NCBI RefSeq assembly: GCF_009834535.1
Contig: NC_045696.1
Span: forward strand, 29,266,001 to 29,330,000
Direction of reading: 5' to 3'
Origin: Camelus ferus
Taxonomy: Eukaryota
DNA: 64,000 bases
Positions 39,066 through 52,795 of this stretch are shown here, one piece after another. The position numbers were made by a program, and so were the translations under genes. Position 1 is the first letter of the stretch. Each line of letters opens with the position of its first letter. The notes below the pieces were generated by a model. That model was not told the origin of the DNA and searched no databases. It saw only the letters and a list, made by a program, of their open reading frames with translations.

Positions 39066-40486
39066 AGCCACAGTAAGTGGGGCCTTGGAATGTAGAGAAG
39101 GTTTTATAGACACAGTTCTATGTGCTTCCATGTGCCTATGCTTGCTTTGCTTCCTCACAACATGTCTTCTTAAAGGAGCCGTAATAAACTACGGAGACTT
39201 CAACTCTTCTCTCCCAAGTTCCTTTTACTTCTTAACAGTGGCCCCAGATCTCAACAGCCTCTAAAACCATTTTCTTTGCTTCAGTGTGGCTTGGATTTTC
39301 CCAATGGCTACATGCCTAGCTCCTAGGTTGCCTCCTGTCCCATTGGTATTGCCAGTCCCAGGATACCTCCAAAACTTCTTGGCACTTTTTGATGTCTCCT
39401 TTCCATCTTCCTTACTATTAGAAGGACTGTCACAAAGAAAGATTTCTTAGTGGCCCCCCAAATAAAGATAGGTGCCAAATCCAAGATAGGATCTTCTATC
39501 TTGGAACTCAAAGCATTTTATTTGTATTATTAAATGTCACATCTAAAATCACTGATGCATAGAAAACATGAACCTGAATTCCAGTGCATGATTTCAGCAT
39601 CTCACATTCTTCTATCTGAGGCTGATTCTTGTTGCTCTATGGAGAAACCTACGCCATCAAACCCACCCTAACTTAGAGCAACCATTTGCTTCATCCTCAT
39701 CACTTGGTCTCTAAATCCTCTTAACTCTTCCCCCCATAATGCCTAGTGGGTTTGGTTTGGTGGTATCTATGGGCTCCAGGAAAGCAGAGAAATTAGGTAT
39801 TGTTATTCTTGATTAATCACTGCTCATCCCTGCCCTAACAGATGAAAGACAAATAGTTGATATTCTCCCCCAAGTTTAGTTGCCCTTGAACCTTGAAATC
39901 TGCTTTAAAGAAAACCAATAGTAAACATCACTTGAAAAAGAGCAGCAGAAAATGTGCACTGTATTTCTAAATATCTCTTCATAGCTTCATAGCAAAAAAA
40001 TAATCTTCAAAGAGAAACCAGTCAAGGTTAAAAGCAGCACTGAAAAGTGATCCATTTGGTAAACAAGAGTAGGTGTAATTATCACAAACGCAAACTTTGC
40101 TAAGGGGATAACTGTCAGAGCTCTTGCGGTAAAAGGTCTCTTTACCATTTTAATCCGACAGGCTGAGAGTTCCCTAGTGAAAACAATTCTCAATAAAAAT
40201 CACAAATCTAACTACGGTATTCTTTTAAACTTGCATTTCAGTCATGGCTACTAAAACAAGCTTAATATTTACAATTCAAATGACATTGGTAGACTGACTG
40301 ATAATATGGATTATGAAAAACCTTTTAGCACTGTATTTTTATGTGCTAAACAATACTCTCTATCAGCAGTGACACTTTAAAGAGTTTTGTTTATTTGCTT
40401 ATCAAAAGCCAAACAGGCCTGTCCCCTGAAAGAAACCAAAGTCAAATTTCAGTTTGGGAGGCAATTATGCATTCAGACACTTAACT

Positions 40487-40660
40487 TAAAATAAGTAAGC
40501 AACAAAGATTTACTGTATGGCACAGGGAATTATAACCAATATCTTACAATAACCTATAATGGAACATAATCTGGAAGAGAAAACCTGAATCACTATGCTG
40601 CACACCTGAAACCAACACAGTATTATAAATTAACTATAGTTCACTAAAAATAAATAAAAG
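40487..40660 (+). mobile_element. Short L1 3' end
   Basis: aacaaagatttactgtatggcacagggaatt...tgaatcactatgctgcacacctgaaacc; A-rich tail. Confidence 0.85.
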
Positions 40661-40677
40661 TACACTTTCCAGAGACT

Positions 40678-40728
40678 TTAGCTCTATCCCATAACAAAAC
40701 CTTAGCTCTATCCCATAACAAAACCTTA
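40678..40728. repeat. Perfect 24-bp tandem duplication
   Basis: ttagctctatcccataacaaaacc x2 + tta. Confidence 0.95.
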
Positions 40729-40887
40729 CAGTGTATGTGTCACTGCTGAAGAGATCTTGTGGGTTTTCAAGCAACCTCCTCATCTAGAAAAGAAAGAAGT
40801 AACTTGTTCCAGGTCACACAAGACTGAAACTGTGGTCTCTTAACACTCAAACCACTGTTAATTTATTTTTCACTTTGGGATATCTTG

Positions 40888-41098
40888 CAATGCTGCCCAA
40901 TAAAACACTCTCTGATGATGGTAATTCTCTATTTCTGTACTGTCCCATACAATAACCCCAGGCCAGGTAGGGCTACCGAACATCTGAAATGTAGTTAGTG
41001 TGACTGAATAAAAAACTGAATCATTAGTTGTATTTAATCTTAATTAATTTAAATTTAAGTACCCATATGTGGCTAGAGGCTACCGTAAGTTCATGCAG
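40888..41098. mobile_element. hAT-Charlie MITE (MER3-like)
   Basis: gctgcccaataaaacactctctgatgatgg...tgaaatgtagttagtgtgactga...atgtggctagaggctaccgta. Confidence 0.8.
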
Positions 41099-43349
41099 TA
41101 ATCATCTGACTAGGAAAGGTCCAGGGTACTATCTGCCTCCACCAACTCCTAGTTAAACTGACACAGGAATGGGGAGGATATGAGATTTGACTGTTGCATA
41201 TTTGAAATAAGGGCAATGACTTATGTTTCCCTTCATTTCCCACACTCCAACCCCTGGCCTTATACAGAGTGGGCAAAAAAAAAAAAAAACCCTAAAATCT
41301 GTTGATGCTTTAAGCTATTCATTTGCATTAACAAATGCTAGGGGCAGAAAAGCATACAGGTTAGAAATGTGTTCACAAAAACTGCCTTACTTGCACCTTC
41401 CTGCAGCAGGAGAAACCTTTTCCTTCCTTAAAGTTGACTGAACCTCTGCCAGGAGAGGTCCTTACACACACACGTTGTCCAATCAGGGCTCAACCTACAT
41501 GTGATACACCCATTACCCAGGGTAAACCCAGAGGGTAGGGCGGCACAATGCAACTGCCAAGAAGCAGGGTACCGCCTCTGCTGTCCACATCATAACGAGG
41601 GCACCCCCTCTGTACAGTGAGTCATTTACCCCTGCCTAGAGAGGAAACTTGGTAAGATCGATTCACTTTTTTAAATGGAAAAAATAATTGAAAAAAGTAT
41701 TGATTTTACTTTTCAGGCAGCCATTTAACTGGTAAATGTAAGCCTTCCTTGATTAACAACAGGAAGAAAATTGGTAGGAACATTAGAAACAGAATATTAC
41801 CACAGGGCAACCTTCAATTATCACTTCTTTTTTTTTTATCATAAACACTTACTTAAAAAAAAAAAAAAACTTTTATGTAATTCTCCCCTGAAGACCCCTG
41901 AAACACAAATAAAATTAACTGTCACTGCAGCATAACAGTCTTTTCCAGTTTCTTTATCTGTTTGTTCATTTGATTTGTTTCCGGAAAAGCAGGGCTATTG
42001 GTCCTATATGTTATCAAGTAAGTACCCTTTTCCCAGGAAATGTAATTTGCTTCCTATCTTTCTCTCTCTCTCTCTCTTTTTCAATAAATAAAAACATTCA
42101 TAAAGATTTGAGTAAATGGATGGCTTAGAACAACTACCGTCAGTCAAAACTCTTGTTGAGTATATCTCAAGGGAGCTACTTTACAAATCCTGCAATGCAT
42201 GTCAAATTCCATCGACTTCTTAAGAGGCCAAAAGGTCTTTTGGCAGGATCTCAGAATTGTTTCATCTTCTTAAGCTGTCCTCTTTGAAGCAAACAGTTTT
42301 GATGCTCTGAAAACCAGCACTTGTATCTATTGCTCCCAGTCCCCAAGGATCATAATTTCTTTGAACTGAGGAATCAATGATGTTACCTAGGTGGTTTATT
42401 TAAAGACAATTTTGTTGCTTCTGTGTAATCTTACTGCAGTGTCAGAAATTTTTCTTTTAAATCAAATGCCCATTTTACTTTGTATATTTAGGCTTTTACT
42501 AATCCTATTCTTCTAAATTAATGGGAAGTAGTTTTGGAATTTGTCCTTAGCAATTGAATCTTGTGCTATATACCATCAGTAATGGGCTTTGAATAACTTC
42601 ATTATCTCCAAGGACACATATCCTCTTATACCTTGGGTAAGAGAACTGAATGGCCATTGTACATATTTCTAATAGGCATAATCTCAGGGTTCTGAGCAAT
42701 GATCCAATTAATAAATTATGAATGGAAAAATAGAGGTTTCTGAATATTGTCTTCTATATTTATAGGTTACACTGTTTCTGGTTGCAACAGCAATGAGCTT
42801 CACAACGTTGCATTTGGCGATGATTCTAAATCACTGTGGCAATTACTGGGATTTTTTAGAGTCTGTAGTCAGCAGTACCATAATTTTCACTTAATAGGCT
42901 TAAGAACTGGCCTGTCATTCATCCTTCAGAGCCTTCAACTGAATGATATAAGCCCAAGATACCATCCTTTAGATCTCAGGAACAGCCATGAAGAGAATAT
43001 ATATACACACTAAGATTTGGGGGATTCTAAGCTTACGCTTAGCACAGTTTCTAAAAAGGACTAACCCTACTGAGCTTTCCAAATCCCCAAGGCCCAATTA
43101 TATTTCTTTGCTTCAGCATTGCCTTTAAGATGTTTTCACCACTACTGGTGAACACAGATAACATTAGGGTCACTGATGAGGGAATTCTTGAGAAGCAGGC
43201 CATTAAATATTAAGTTAATTGTAATTTATTAGTGATCACAATCATTGCTTCATGAAGAGGTTAGTATTGTTCACAAAATCATGTAATCTCAGAATTGAAG
43301 TTCCTCAGATATGAAGTAGTCTAAACCATTTGCTAAAGTTTAATCTTCC

Positions 43350-43620
43350 TTCCATATTGCAGTTCTTCCACTATTTTAAGACAGCTATCATACCTGCCCC
43401 TAGAGTTTTCTCTTCTCCAAGCTAAATATCCTTAGTTTCTTTCTACTGTTCTTAATGTGCGGTTCTTCCCCCTCCCTTGTGCTCCAACTTCAGTCACATT
43501 TCAAAGCTAATAGAGCCTTCAAAGGCATTAGATTTTAAAGGCAGGCACAGCACACTTGATTCATTTTGAGCTTACAGTCAAATTGAAAATCCGGACTCTT
43601 TGCATGTGTTTCAGCTACAG
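43350..43620 (-). mobile_element. L3/CR1 fragment
   Basis: aagacagctatcat...ttctcttctccaagctaaatatcc. Confidence 0.65.
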
Positions 43621-44444
43621 CTTCTGCTATCTTATTTTACTCAGGAAAGACTTTTTGACTTAAAAGCAGTTTTCAGTTATTGTTGTAAGATTCAGGTAGT
43701 CTATTGTTTCAGTTTAGTGTTATCCTCTTGTATCTCATTTTGATTAAATAATCTCAGAAGAATATTTAAGGTATGTATATCAAAGTGACAAACGCATGCA
43801 GATAATAGAGATTAATGGATCACAATAAATAAAACTATGTGGACGAAGCTCTATTATACAAAGATATAGTCAAGCTAAAGCTCTAATGACTAAAAAAAAA
43901 TCAAAGAATGATTTTACTTCATATGTGTAAAGTCTTTCTTAGCAGAAATAAAGTTTTATTTTTAGGAAGACATAAAACTAATTACTTTTAATCAAAGAGT
44001 ATTAGATGAAAGAAACCTGGAATTTTTGAGAACTATGATTTTTGTACACTATTAAGAATCACTGATAATCTCCATTGTAAATATTCCAAGAGGATTTTTC
44101 ACAAGCTATCACATTTCAGAAACCCTTAAGAATATATATAATATATATTATATATGTAAAATACATTAGATATATTTTCCCCAAAGATTGTGTCTAATCA
44201 CAATGATTACATATTCAAAGTCACTAATATATCTGTTAAAATATTCCATATCTTAAGCAATCTAAGCATATAAAATATTATTTGCCAATGTAATGCTATG
44301 AAAAGCATAAAATTATTTTAACTGGTTTACATTTTTAATAAAAATGTAGCAATACTCTAGTGAGAAAGAAAGCATTAAGATGCTGCTTATGATTGGTTTC
44401 ATACTGTAAATATTTCAAAGTCAGAAGAATTTTAATGTAATTTT

Positions 44445-44589
44445 AATTTATTTTTTATTATTATTATTTTTTGGATGAGATGGTAATTAGGCTTATTTGT
44501 TTATTTTTAGAGGAGGTACTGGGGATTGAATCCAGGATCTTGCATATGCTAAGCACATGCTTTATCACTTGAGTCTATATCCTCCTCTC
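44445..44589 (-). mobile_element. tRNA-derived SINE (camelid vic-1-like)
   Basis: gaggtactggggattgaatccagg (antisense B-box region), T-rich tail; TSD ttaatgtaatttt 44432-44444 / 44590-44602. Confidence 0.85.
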
Positions 44590-45657
44590 TTAATGTAATT
44601 TTGTTTTAATGTAATTTTGTTACCTATCAGTATCTAAAGGTATCTTTTATGCTTGAAATCCAAGGTTAGTTCATTCCTTGAATGCACATTTCATTCTGTT
44701 ATTTGTTATTAGAAGCTTCAATCACCATTGTTTGATTTACTTACCTACTAATTCAAAATTATTCTAGATGCCAATATGTCACAAAAATTTTAGTGGATAA
44801 ATCTCCCTGATTACCCTATGGAAATGTGATCCATGAGGAACAGATCAAAATTTTGCAAATTAACATATGTTTTGGGGGTGTGTATAATGTTTTGTCAAAC
44901 AGCAACACTTTCTTTGAAAAGCCAATGATAGTTGCTCTTCCAACTCATTTCAAATCTGCTCTATTCAAGTTTATATAATTTATGCAATACTATTTGCAAC
45001 ATCCAGCTGCCTTGTAGCTCCATATATTTAAGCAATATAAGGAAATTTTCAGCAACATTTTCACTTTTATAAGTGCTACACTGCACATAAAGACCTTATT
45101 TTTCAAAGTATTATAAATTACTAAACAGTCCTCCTACTTGGGTTGCATTTGGAAGCAAGTAATATTCTTAATGCATAAACTACTTTCAGATACAATCTTT
45201 TGTAATGCTTACATTTGAAAATAAGCAGGCTTAAGCAAAACAATTTTTTTCTAATCATTTTAAGTGATGTGATAAAGCATTTCATTTGAGCTAGTAGTTC
45301 ATTTGAAAGCAAAGGTTAGCAAATCATGTAGTCAGGCTTACATACACAAATGGTATAGAAAAAGATGTGGTCATACATAGCTGAGCAGGTAGGTACAAAA
45401 CTAATCTGTTCTCTCTTTGGGAGGGCTAACTAGCATCCCCTATATTGCTAGCAAATTCCATGAAATCAACATCACATTTTTCAACTCTTTCCTATTCAAT
45501 GGGTCATAATAATTACTGTCATTTTTAAGCTTAGAATTGCCAAAATCAAACACCTCTGAGAATCCTAGAATTGTTCATCATCAATCAATAATTTCTAAGT
45601 AGGTACATGAACTGTTTTTAAAGTCAAGATCAGTTAGAAACGTATGAATCACGTATC

Positions 45658-46018
45658 TGTCTTAGTCTGGGCTGCTTTTTCAAAACACCATAGACTGGGT
45701 CACTCATAAACCATAGAAACGCATCTCTCACAGTTGCGGAGGCTAAAGGTCCCCGATCAGGGTGTCAGCATGGTCAGGTTCAGGTGAGGGCCCTCTTCCC
45801 GGCTGCAGATTGCCAGCTTCTCCTTGTACCCTCACATGGTAAACAGCATGAGAGAGCTCTCTGGGGCTTCTTCTATAAGAGCACTAATCCCTTTCATGAG
45901 GGCTCCACCCTCATGATCTTATTACCTCCCATAATCCCCATCTCCTACTTCCCGCACACTGGGGATTAAACTTTTGACATACGAATTTTGGGGGAACATA
46001 AATCTTTAGTCCATAACA
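45658..46018 (-). mobile_element. ERVL-MaLR solo LTR (MLT1A-like)
   Basis: tgtcttagtc...tctcacagttgcggaggct...gtccataaca; 5-bp TSD gtatc/atatc. Confidence 0.88.
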
Positions 46019-47762
46019 ATATCTAAGCCAAAATGGCACTGTTATTCAAACCACAGAGTTTTAACTAGAAATATTGCAACAATTTTACTCATGTAGAATT
46101 TTCCTTTTTTTTTTTTTTTTTCTTTCTAACCCTCCTAACCCACCACTACCTCCCCACCCCCTGGGCCAGGTTTAATTGAAACAGCTAAGATTTATTGATT
46201 GCTTCCTGCATGCCAAGCACTATACTTAATCTGTACATGCATTAATTCACTGGATATGTAGAATTTCCCAAGGATTTGTATAGTCTTTAAATATGGTCAT
46301 ATCACATTGACACCTAGCCTGAACCCTTTTAAAAGCTTAAACTATATAGTATCTTTCCGGACCCAGATGTTTGAACTTTAGAATCTAGCCCCCTATGTCA
46401 CTATACCATATACCTAGTTTTTATTATCAAAATTTATAATTCCCGTTAGTTGGTTCTCTGTCAGAACACAAGTCTATCTGTAGATTAAGTAATGACTTCA
46501 GTTAGAACAGTCTTAATTCACCCTACAAAACAACGTATCATTCTATTTACAAAGACATATGTGAGTGTTTGTATAATCATAGCAGTAATTATTTCTGATT
46601 CTTGGGACTCCTAATGAGTTTATTTTCTGTATTTTCTGTAGTCCCAACACCAGTCATGCATTATGATGAAGAAATGAATAAGTAAAAGTGATTATCACAC
46701 CTAGTATTAACCCTACAACGTATCAGCAGTGAAGGCACTAAATCTGTCTTTCCCCTGCCTACATTTCCATAGCAGCTGATAAGTTTTTGTGAAACGTTAA
46801 ACTGCAAACATAACAGACTTCCCTTCTATGTGTTCATATGCATAGGAATGCAAAGAAGAAGCGAGAGCTCGTGGGATGTGTTAGGAAAAATAAGACAATT
46901 TATGATTACAAAAGAATTACCTGTCACACAATACGGCACTCAAGCGGCACAGCAACAGGAAAACTGTCTTTAAATAACCCGTCCAGGTAGCATCACTGAT
47001 TCTTCAAGTCCTTCGAGACCAAGATCAGTAGATGTAAGTATTAGTGTTCAAAGCTTCTCAAGTACTCGCTTCAAGAATGGCAGCTTCTACAGATGAAACA
47101 ACTCTGAGTTCCTGCCTCAGACCCTTGGCCTCTTAGAAAGTCAGAGGATATTTGTCATGCATGGCAGGGCTTTTTTAAAAGTGGCTCTCTCAAGTGATGT
47201 ATAAATGAACCTTTTGCTAGATTTCTCCTGAGAGGGTGTGGATTTGGCAGCTGAGATCCAAGATCAGAGTCTTGTACTAAAAAGATGACTCGGTTGTAGA
47301 GAGTATGAGACAGAGTGAAACCAAGCCCTTCCAGCAGTGAACAGAGTTGGGACACAGACACATTAGCGCTGATAATAACTGCCAGGAGACAGGGCGCTGA
47401 GAGTGATCCAAAGACAGGGTATCAAACGCCCTTCATTATTTCTTAAAACTTACACAAACCTCGACTTAGGAAATGTTTCTCATTTTAAAGTCAACACCTT
47501 GTAGCTCAGAGGGTTTGGCCACTTGTTATTGTACTCAGTTTATTAGGTCATAATTTTATCTTATCTAAGTGGCATTTGTTGTTTGTAAAATACAATTTCT
47601 TAATTGTATATTAAGTCCCCTTTTTGTAAGTATCAGGACATATACAGGAAAAGAGTGTGCTGTAGGGGTGTCAATGTTTCTATCATAGATGAGATCTCCT
47701 CTGAGATAGTCTTCCCAGGGTCTTGACCTACAAATTTTAAGTCAAGACCTGAATACAGACTA

Positions 47763-48207
47763 CAGATCTCCTCACAACTTATGGTAAACCCATCTCAAGT
47801 TGAAAATATAAGTCAAAAATACATTTAATACACTTAATCTACCTAACATCGTAGCAGTGACCTGGCCTACATTGTATGTGCTCAGAATATTTACATTAGC
47901 CTATAGTTGGGCAAAATCACCTAATACCAAAGTGTTGAGTATCTCCTGCAATTTAGTGAACACTGTACCGGAAGTGAAAAACAGAACGGTTGTAGGTGAA
48001 TTGCTTGTCTACCTCGTGATTGAGCAGACGACTGGGAGCTGCCGCCGCCCAGCATCACAGAACAGTATTGTAACCACATAGCATTAGTCCAGGAAGATCA
48101 AAGTTTTAAATTTGAAGTGCAGTTTCTACTGAATGCATATTGCTGTCCCACCACAATAAAGTGGAAAAATCATAGAGCAAACTGTCATTTAAGTCAGGCA
48201 CCATCTG
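47763..48207. mobile_element. TcMar-Tigger MITE (MER47/Tigger5-like)
   Basis: TA-cagat...atctg termini; ttacattagcctatagttgggcaaaatca and tttctactgaatgcatat internal blocks. Confidence 0.85.
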
Positions 48208-50141
48208 TGTAGGTGCAGGCACAAACATTTGGAGACTATGAAACAATCAATCACCCACAATTTCAAATATTCAGTAATAGAATTCTCATTGGCTTGGCTT
48301 GAGCCGTATGCTTTCCCCAGTCCAGTCACCTTGAGCTGAGGGATGGGACACTAAGGAGGCAGACATATAAAACAGCTGGGGTCCTACCACATATAGATGG
48401 ACCAAAGAAGGTGTCTACCATAACCTCCAAACAAACCGGAGAGGTCAGCCTTATCACCCTCAATCCTGTATTTCAGGGAACTGAAATCCTGGTTTGCCCA
48501 AGGACACACAGATATCAAATGGAATCAAAACAATTACCTCTGATTCTGTATCTCAAGTCTGCCAACTTTACCACCTGACTAAAGTGATATATTGGCTCAC
48601 CTTCAACTATTTTTAACTGAACTGAGAAATTAGCCTTCAAAATTCAAATATAAATGAAACCGATGATTATTTCAGAGAGATATATTTCATTCATTGAAAC
48701 TATGAAGCTGATAGTCTTTTAGCAAAATCTAAGTTGTATAAGAATGCAGATTTCGCCCTTAAGCTTTATACTGTGAACTGTCACATTATATGTGAAGATA
48801 CTCATTTTCAAAATGCACTGATACTCTATCTTTGGGGCAGTGTCAAAATAAGTACATTTTATAAAAATGAGTGATGAACTAGATATTCTTTCTTCTTCAT
48901 TCCTAGGACATAAGCAAAGGAAAAACAGTAGGGAGTCCCCATTATTTTCTCCTTTCTATTTATTACTGGAAGGCAATGGCATTGCTTTCATTTAATTTAT
49001 GTTCAGTTCTATGGGAAAAGACTGTCATTAGTTACTGGAGACAAAAATAACAGTAATAGTGGAAGTCACCTTGATAATTCCAGTTAAACTCATTTACTTT
49101 CAAAACAACTGTGATTTTATAAAATCCCACAGGATTATTTTTTCATGAGTGTGATTTTCTTCAATAGGTTTTTATAGGAATAATAAAACTTAAAAAATAC
49201 ATACAAAATGTTCTTTTTATTGTGTCGTATAAGATGTCAGATGGACAATATCAGAATGCTTTTAATATGCTATTTATGATATTGTCCTTAGCATCTGTAC
49301 ACATTTTCTATTCTTAAAGATTACTGAAATATTTTTTGCCCCTGTAGTTTTCAACTTGTACCTCTCTTAGAGAATGGAGGCATAGTACTGTCTATAACAA
49401 AGCAAGCTGTCTCTTGGTAAATCTAGCATACACTACACAAAAGTATGTATCAAGTCTTTTACATAGCATAGGAGCCAATATTATTCTATCCAATAAAGAA
49501 TTAAAGGTAAAGAGGTACAGCAGAAGCTCCTCTATTCATATTTCCTTCTTAGTCATTCTGTTCTGGAGGTACCCCACATGGCCACACAACCCCTGGTCAG
49601 TGAAGCAAATATTCTCCATGTCATCCTTCTTTCTCATCATCTTTTCAAGTATTCTTTTATAATCAGTCTCTGAAAGGTTGGAATTTTCTGTCACTTACAA
49701 TCATCACCTTTTGATCCTGTCCATATAAATTCAATGTTAGATGGAAACTGAGAAAGCGATTGTCGGTAAGGCAAGGGTAGGAAGAGAATAAGTGTGTCAA
49801 AACTATGGTGTGTGTTTATACACAACAATGGCATTTCTACAGGTCAATTCACTCTATTCTGTTACATCTTAGACTTTCTCTTTGTTCTATTTAGTCTCTC
49901 ATCTTATTCTCAAAACACTTTCCTCATGTACAAAATCAGATGAGGGTTAGCACCTCAAACTAGCCATTTGGTAAATGAAATGCCTGCTCCCTGGGGTTAA
50001 AGAAAGAGGTGGGCAGTTTTTGCATAGAAATCCACACTCCTGATTCCCCTCACTCACTTTCCCACTGGTGTTTTCTGTCTGGAACTTGTGTTCTCCCTCC
50101 TAGAGCGTTACAGTTCAGCATAGTCAACTGGCTGTATACAG

Positions 50142-50151
<10 letters not shown>

Positions 50152-50193
<42 letters not shown>
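50152..50193. repeat. (CA)n microsatellite
   Basis: Directly visible. Confidence 0.97.
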
Positions 50194-50195
<2 letters not shown>

Positions 50196-50587
50196 CTAAC
50201 CACCAAGTATTCAGACATCTGTGCATATTAGCTTTGTACAGCTGAGAAAAATTATCTACACCATCTATGTTGTTTAATCAACTTACTGTCTCTAGGCAGA
50301 TTTACATTCCCACATTGCTATGGGTGAGAGATCCTCTGCAAAAGTACAAAATGGACTCTCCTAGGGACTCAAAGAAGTTGGAACTGGAAGAAATTCAGTT
50401 CTCTGTTTCAATCTCCTCATTTTTTCACATAAAAATTTAGTCTGTGAGAGGTAAACTGATTTGTCCTTGGTCTCATAGTGGGTATTGAGGGGCAGTGGGG
50501 GAAGGGGCAAGAGACATAATTAAAAGCTCAAAATGACTCAACAGGTGATATGTTTACCTCAAAAATTGATTTTGAAAAATAGACTTT

Positions 50588-52063
50588 ATGCCCAGGGACA
50601 CAAGGATGGTTCAACATGCAAATCAATCAGCGTGATACACCACAACAGAAAAAAGGACAAAAACCACATGATCATCTCAATGGATGCAGAAAAAGCATTT
50701 GATAATATTCAACACCCATTTATGATAAAAAAATTCTTACCAAAGTGGGAATAAAAGGGACATATCTTAACATAATAAAAGCTATTTATGACAAACCCAC
50801 AGCCAATATAATACTCAACAGTGAAAAGTTGAAAGCCTTCCTGCTAAAATCTAGAATAAAATAAGGATGCCCACTCTCACCACTTCTATTCAACACAGTA
50901 TTGGAAGTCATAGTCATAGCAATCAAACAAGGAAAATAAATAGGGATCCAAATTGGAAAAGAAGAGATAAAACTGTCACTATATGCAAATGACATGACAC
51001 TATATATAAAAAACCCAAAAGGCTCCACACAAAAACTACTAGAGCTGATAAAAGAACTCATCTTAGTAGGAGGATACAAGATTAACATACAGAAATCAGT
51101 TGCATTTCTTTACACTAACAATGAAATATCAGAAACCGAAAGTAAAGAAACAATCCTTTTTAAAAATTATATCCCAAAAAAAAAAAAAAGAAAGAAAGAA
51201 ATACTTAGGAATAAACTTGACCAAGGAGGTGAAAGACATAACTGACAACTATTAAACATTGATTAAGGAAATTAAAGATGATTTAAAGAAAGGTAAAGAG
51301 ACCCCCATGCTCTTGGATTGGAAGAATTAGTATTGTTAAAATGATACTGCTCAAGGCAATCTACAGATTAAATGTGATCCCCATCAAATTACCCAGGACA
51401 TTTTCATTAGAACAAGTAATCCTAAAATTTATATGGAATTACAAAAGACCCAGAATTGCCAAAGTAACACTGAAGAAAGAGAACAAAGCTGGAGAAATCA
51501 CCCTCTCAGAATTCAGAAAATACTACAGAGCTATAGTAATCAAAACAGTGTGGTATTGGCACAAAAACAGACATATGGATCAACAGAACAGACTAGAGAG
51601 CCCAGAAGTAAATCCATGGACTTATGGTCAATTAATGTTCAACAAAGGAGGCAAGAATATACAATGGAGAAAAGACAGTCTCCTCAGCAAGTGATGTTGG
51701 AAAAGTTGGACAGCAGCATGTAAATCAGTGAAGTGAGAACACTCCCTCAAACCATACACAAAAATAAACTCAAAATGGCTTAAAGACTTAAATATAAGAC
51801 AAGACACTATACATCTCTCAGAAGAAAACATAGGCAAAACATTCTCTGACATAAATCTTAGCAATGGTCTCATAGCACGGTCTACCCAGGCAATAGAAAT
51901 AAATGCAAAAATAAACAAATGGGACCTAATTAAACTTATAAGCTTTTGCACAGCAAAGGAAACCATAAGCAAAACAAAATGACAACTTATAGAATAGGAG
52001 AAAGCAAATGATGCAACTGACAAGGACTTAACTTCTAGAATATACAGACAGCTCATACCACTT

Positions 52064-52098
<35 letters not shown>

Positions 52099-52620
52099 AA
52101 ACCCAACAGCCCAATCCAAAAATGGAGAGAAGACTTAAATAAGCAATTCTCCAAAGAAGACATACAAGTGGTCAATAGTCATATGAAAAAATACTCAATA
52201 TTGCTAATTATCAGAGAAGTGCAAATCAAAACTACAATGAGGTATCACCTCACATAAGTTGGAATGGCTGCCACTAAAATGTCCACAAACAATAAATGCT
52301 GGAGAGGGTGTGGAGAAATGGGGACCCTCCTACACTGTTGGTGAGAATGTATTTTGGTGCAGCCATTATGGAAAACAAAATGGAGATTCTATAAAAAACT
52401 AAAAATAGACTTACCATAGGATCCAGCAATCTCACTCTTGGGCATATATCTGGAGGGATCTGTAATTTGAAAAGACATGTGCATCCCAGTAGTCATAACA
52501 GTACTATTTACAATAGCCAAAGCATGGAAACAAACTAAATGTCTGTTGACAGATGACTGGATGAAGAAGCTGTGGTATATTTATACAATGGAATACTACT
52601 CAGCCATAAAAAAGAATAAC
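50588..52620 (+). mobile_element. 5'-truncated LINE-1 ORF2 (RT to C-terminus) lacking 3'UTR
   Basis: [38 protein letters not shown]; stops directly into microsatellite; internal (CAA)n ~52064-52098. Confidence 0.95.
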
Positions 52621-52795
52621 AAGAAAGAAAAGAAAAGAAAAGAAAAGAAAAGAAAAGAAAAGAAAAGAAAAGGAAAAGGAAAAGGAAAAGGAAAAGGAAA
52701 GGAAGGGAAAGGAAAGGAAAGGAAAGGAAAGGAAAGGAAAGGAAAGGAAAGGACAGGAAAGGAAAGGAAAGCAAAGCAAAGCAAAGCAAAGCAAA
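52621..52795. repeat. Compound purine-rich repeat (AAAAG)n(AAAAGG)n(AAAGG)n(AAAGC)n
   Basis: Directly visible; pure purine 52621-52753. Confidence 0.97.
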
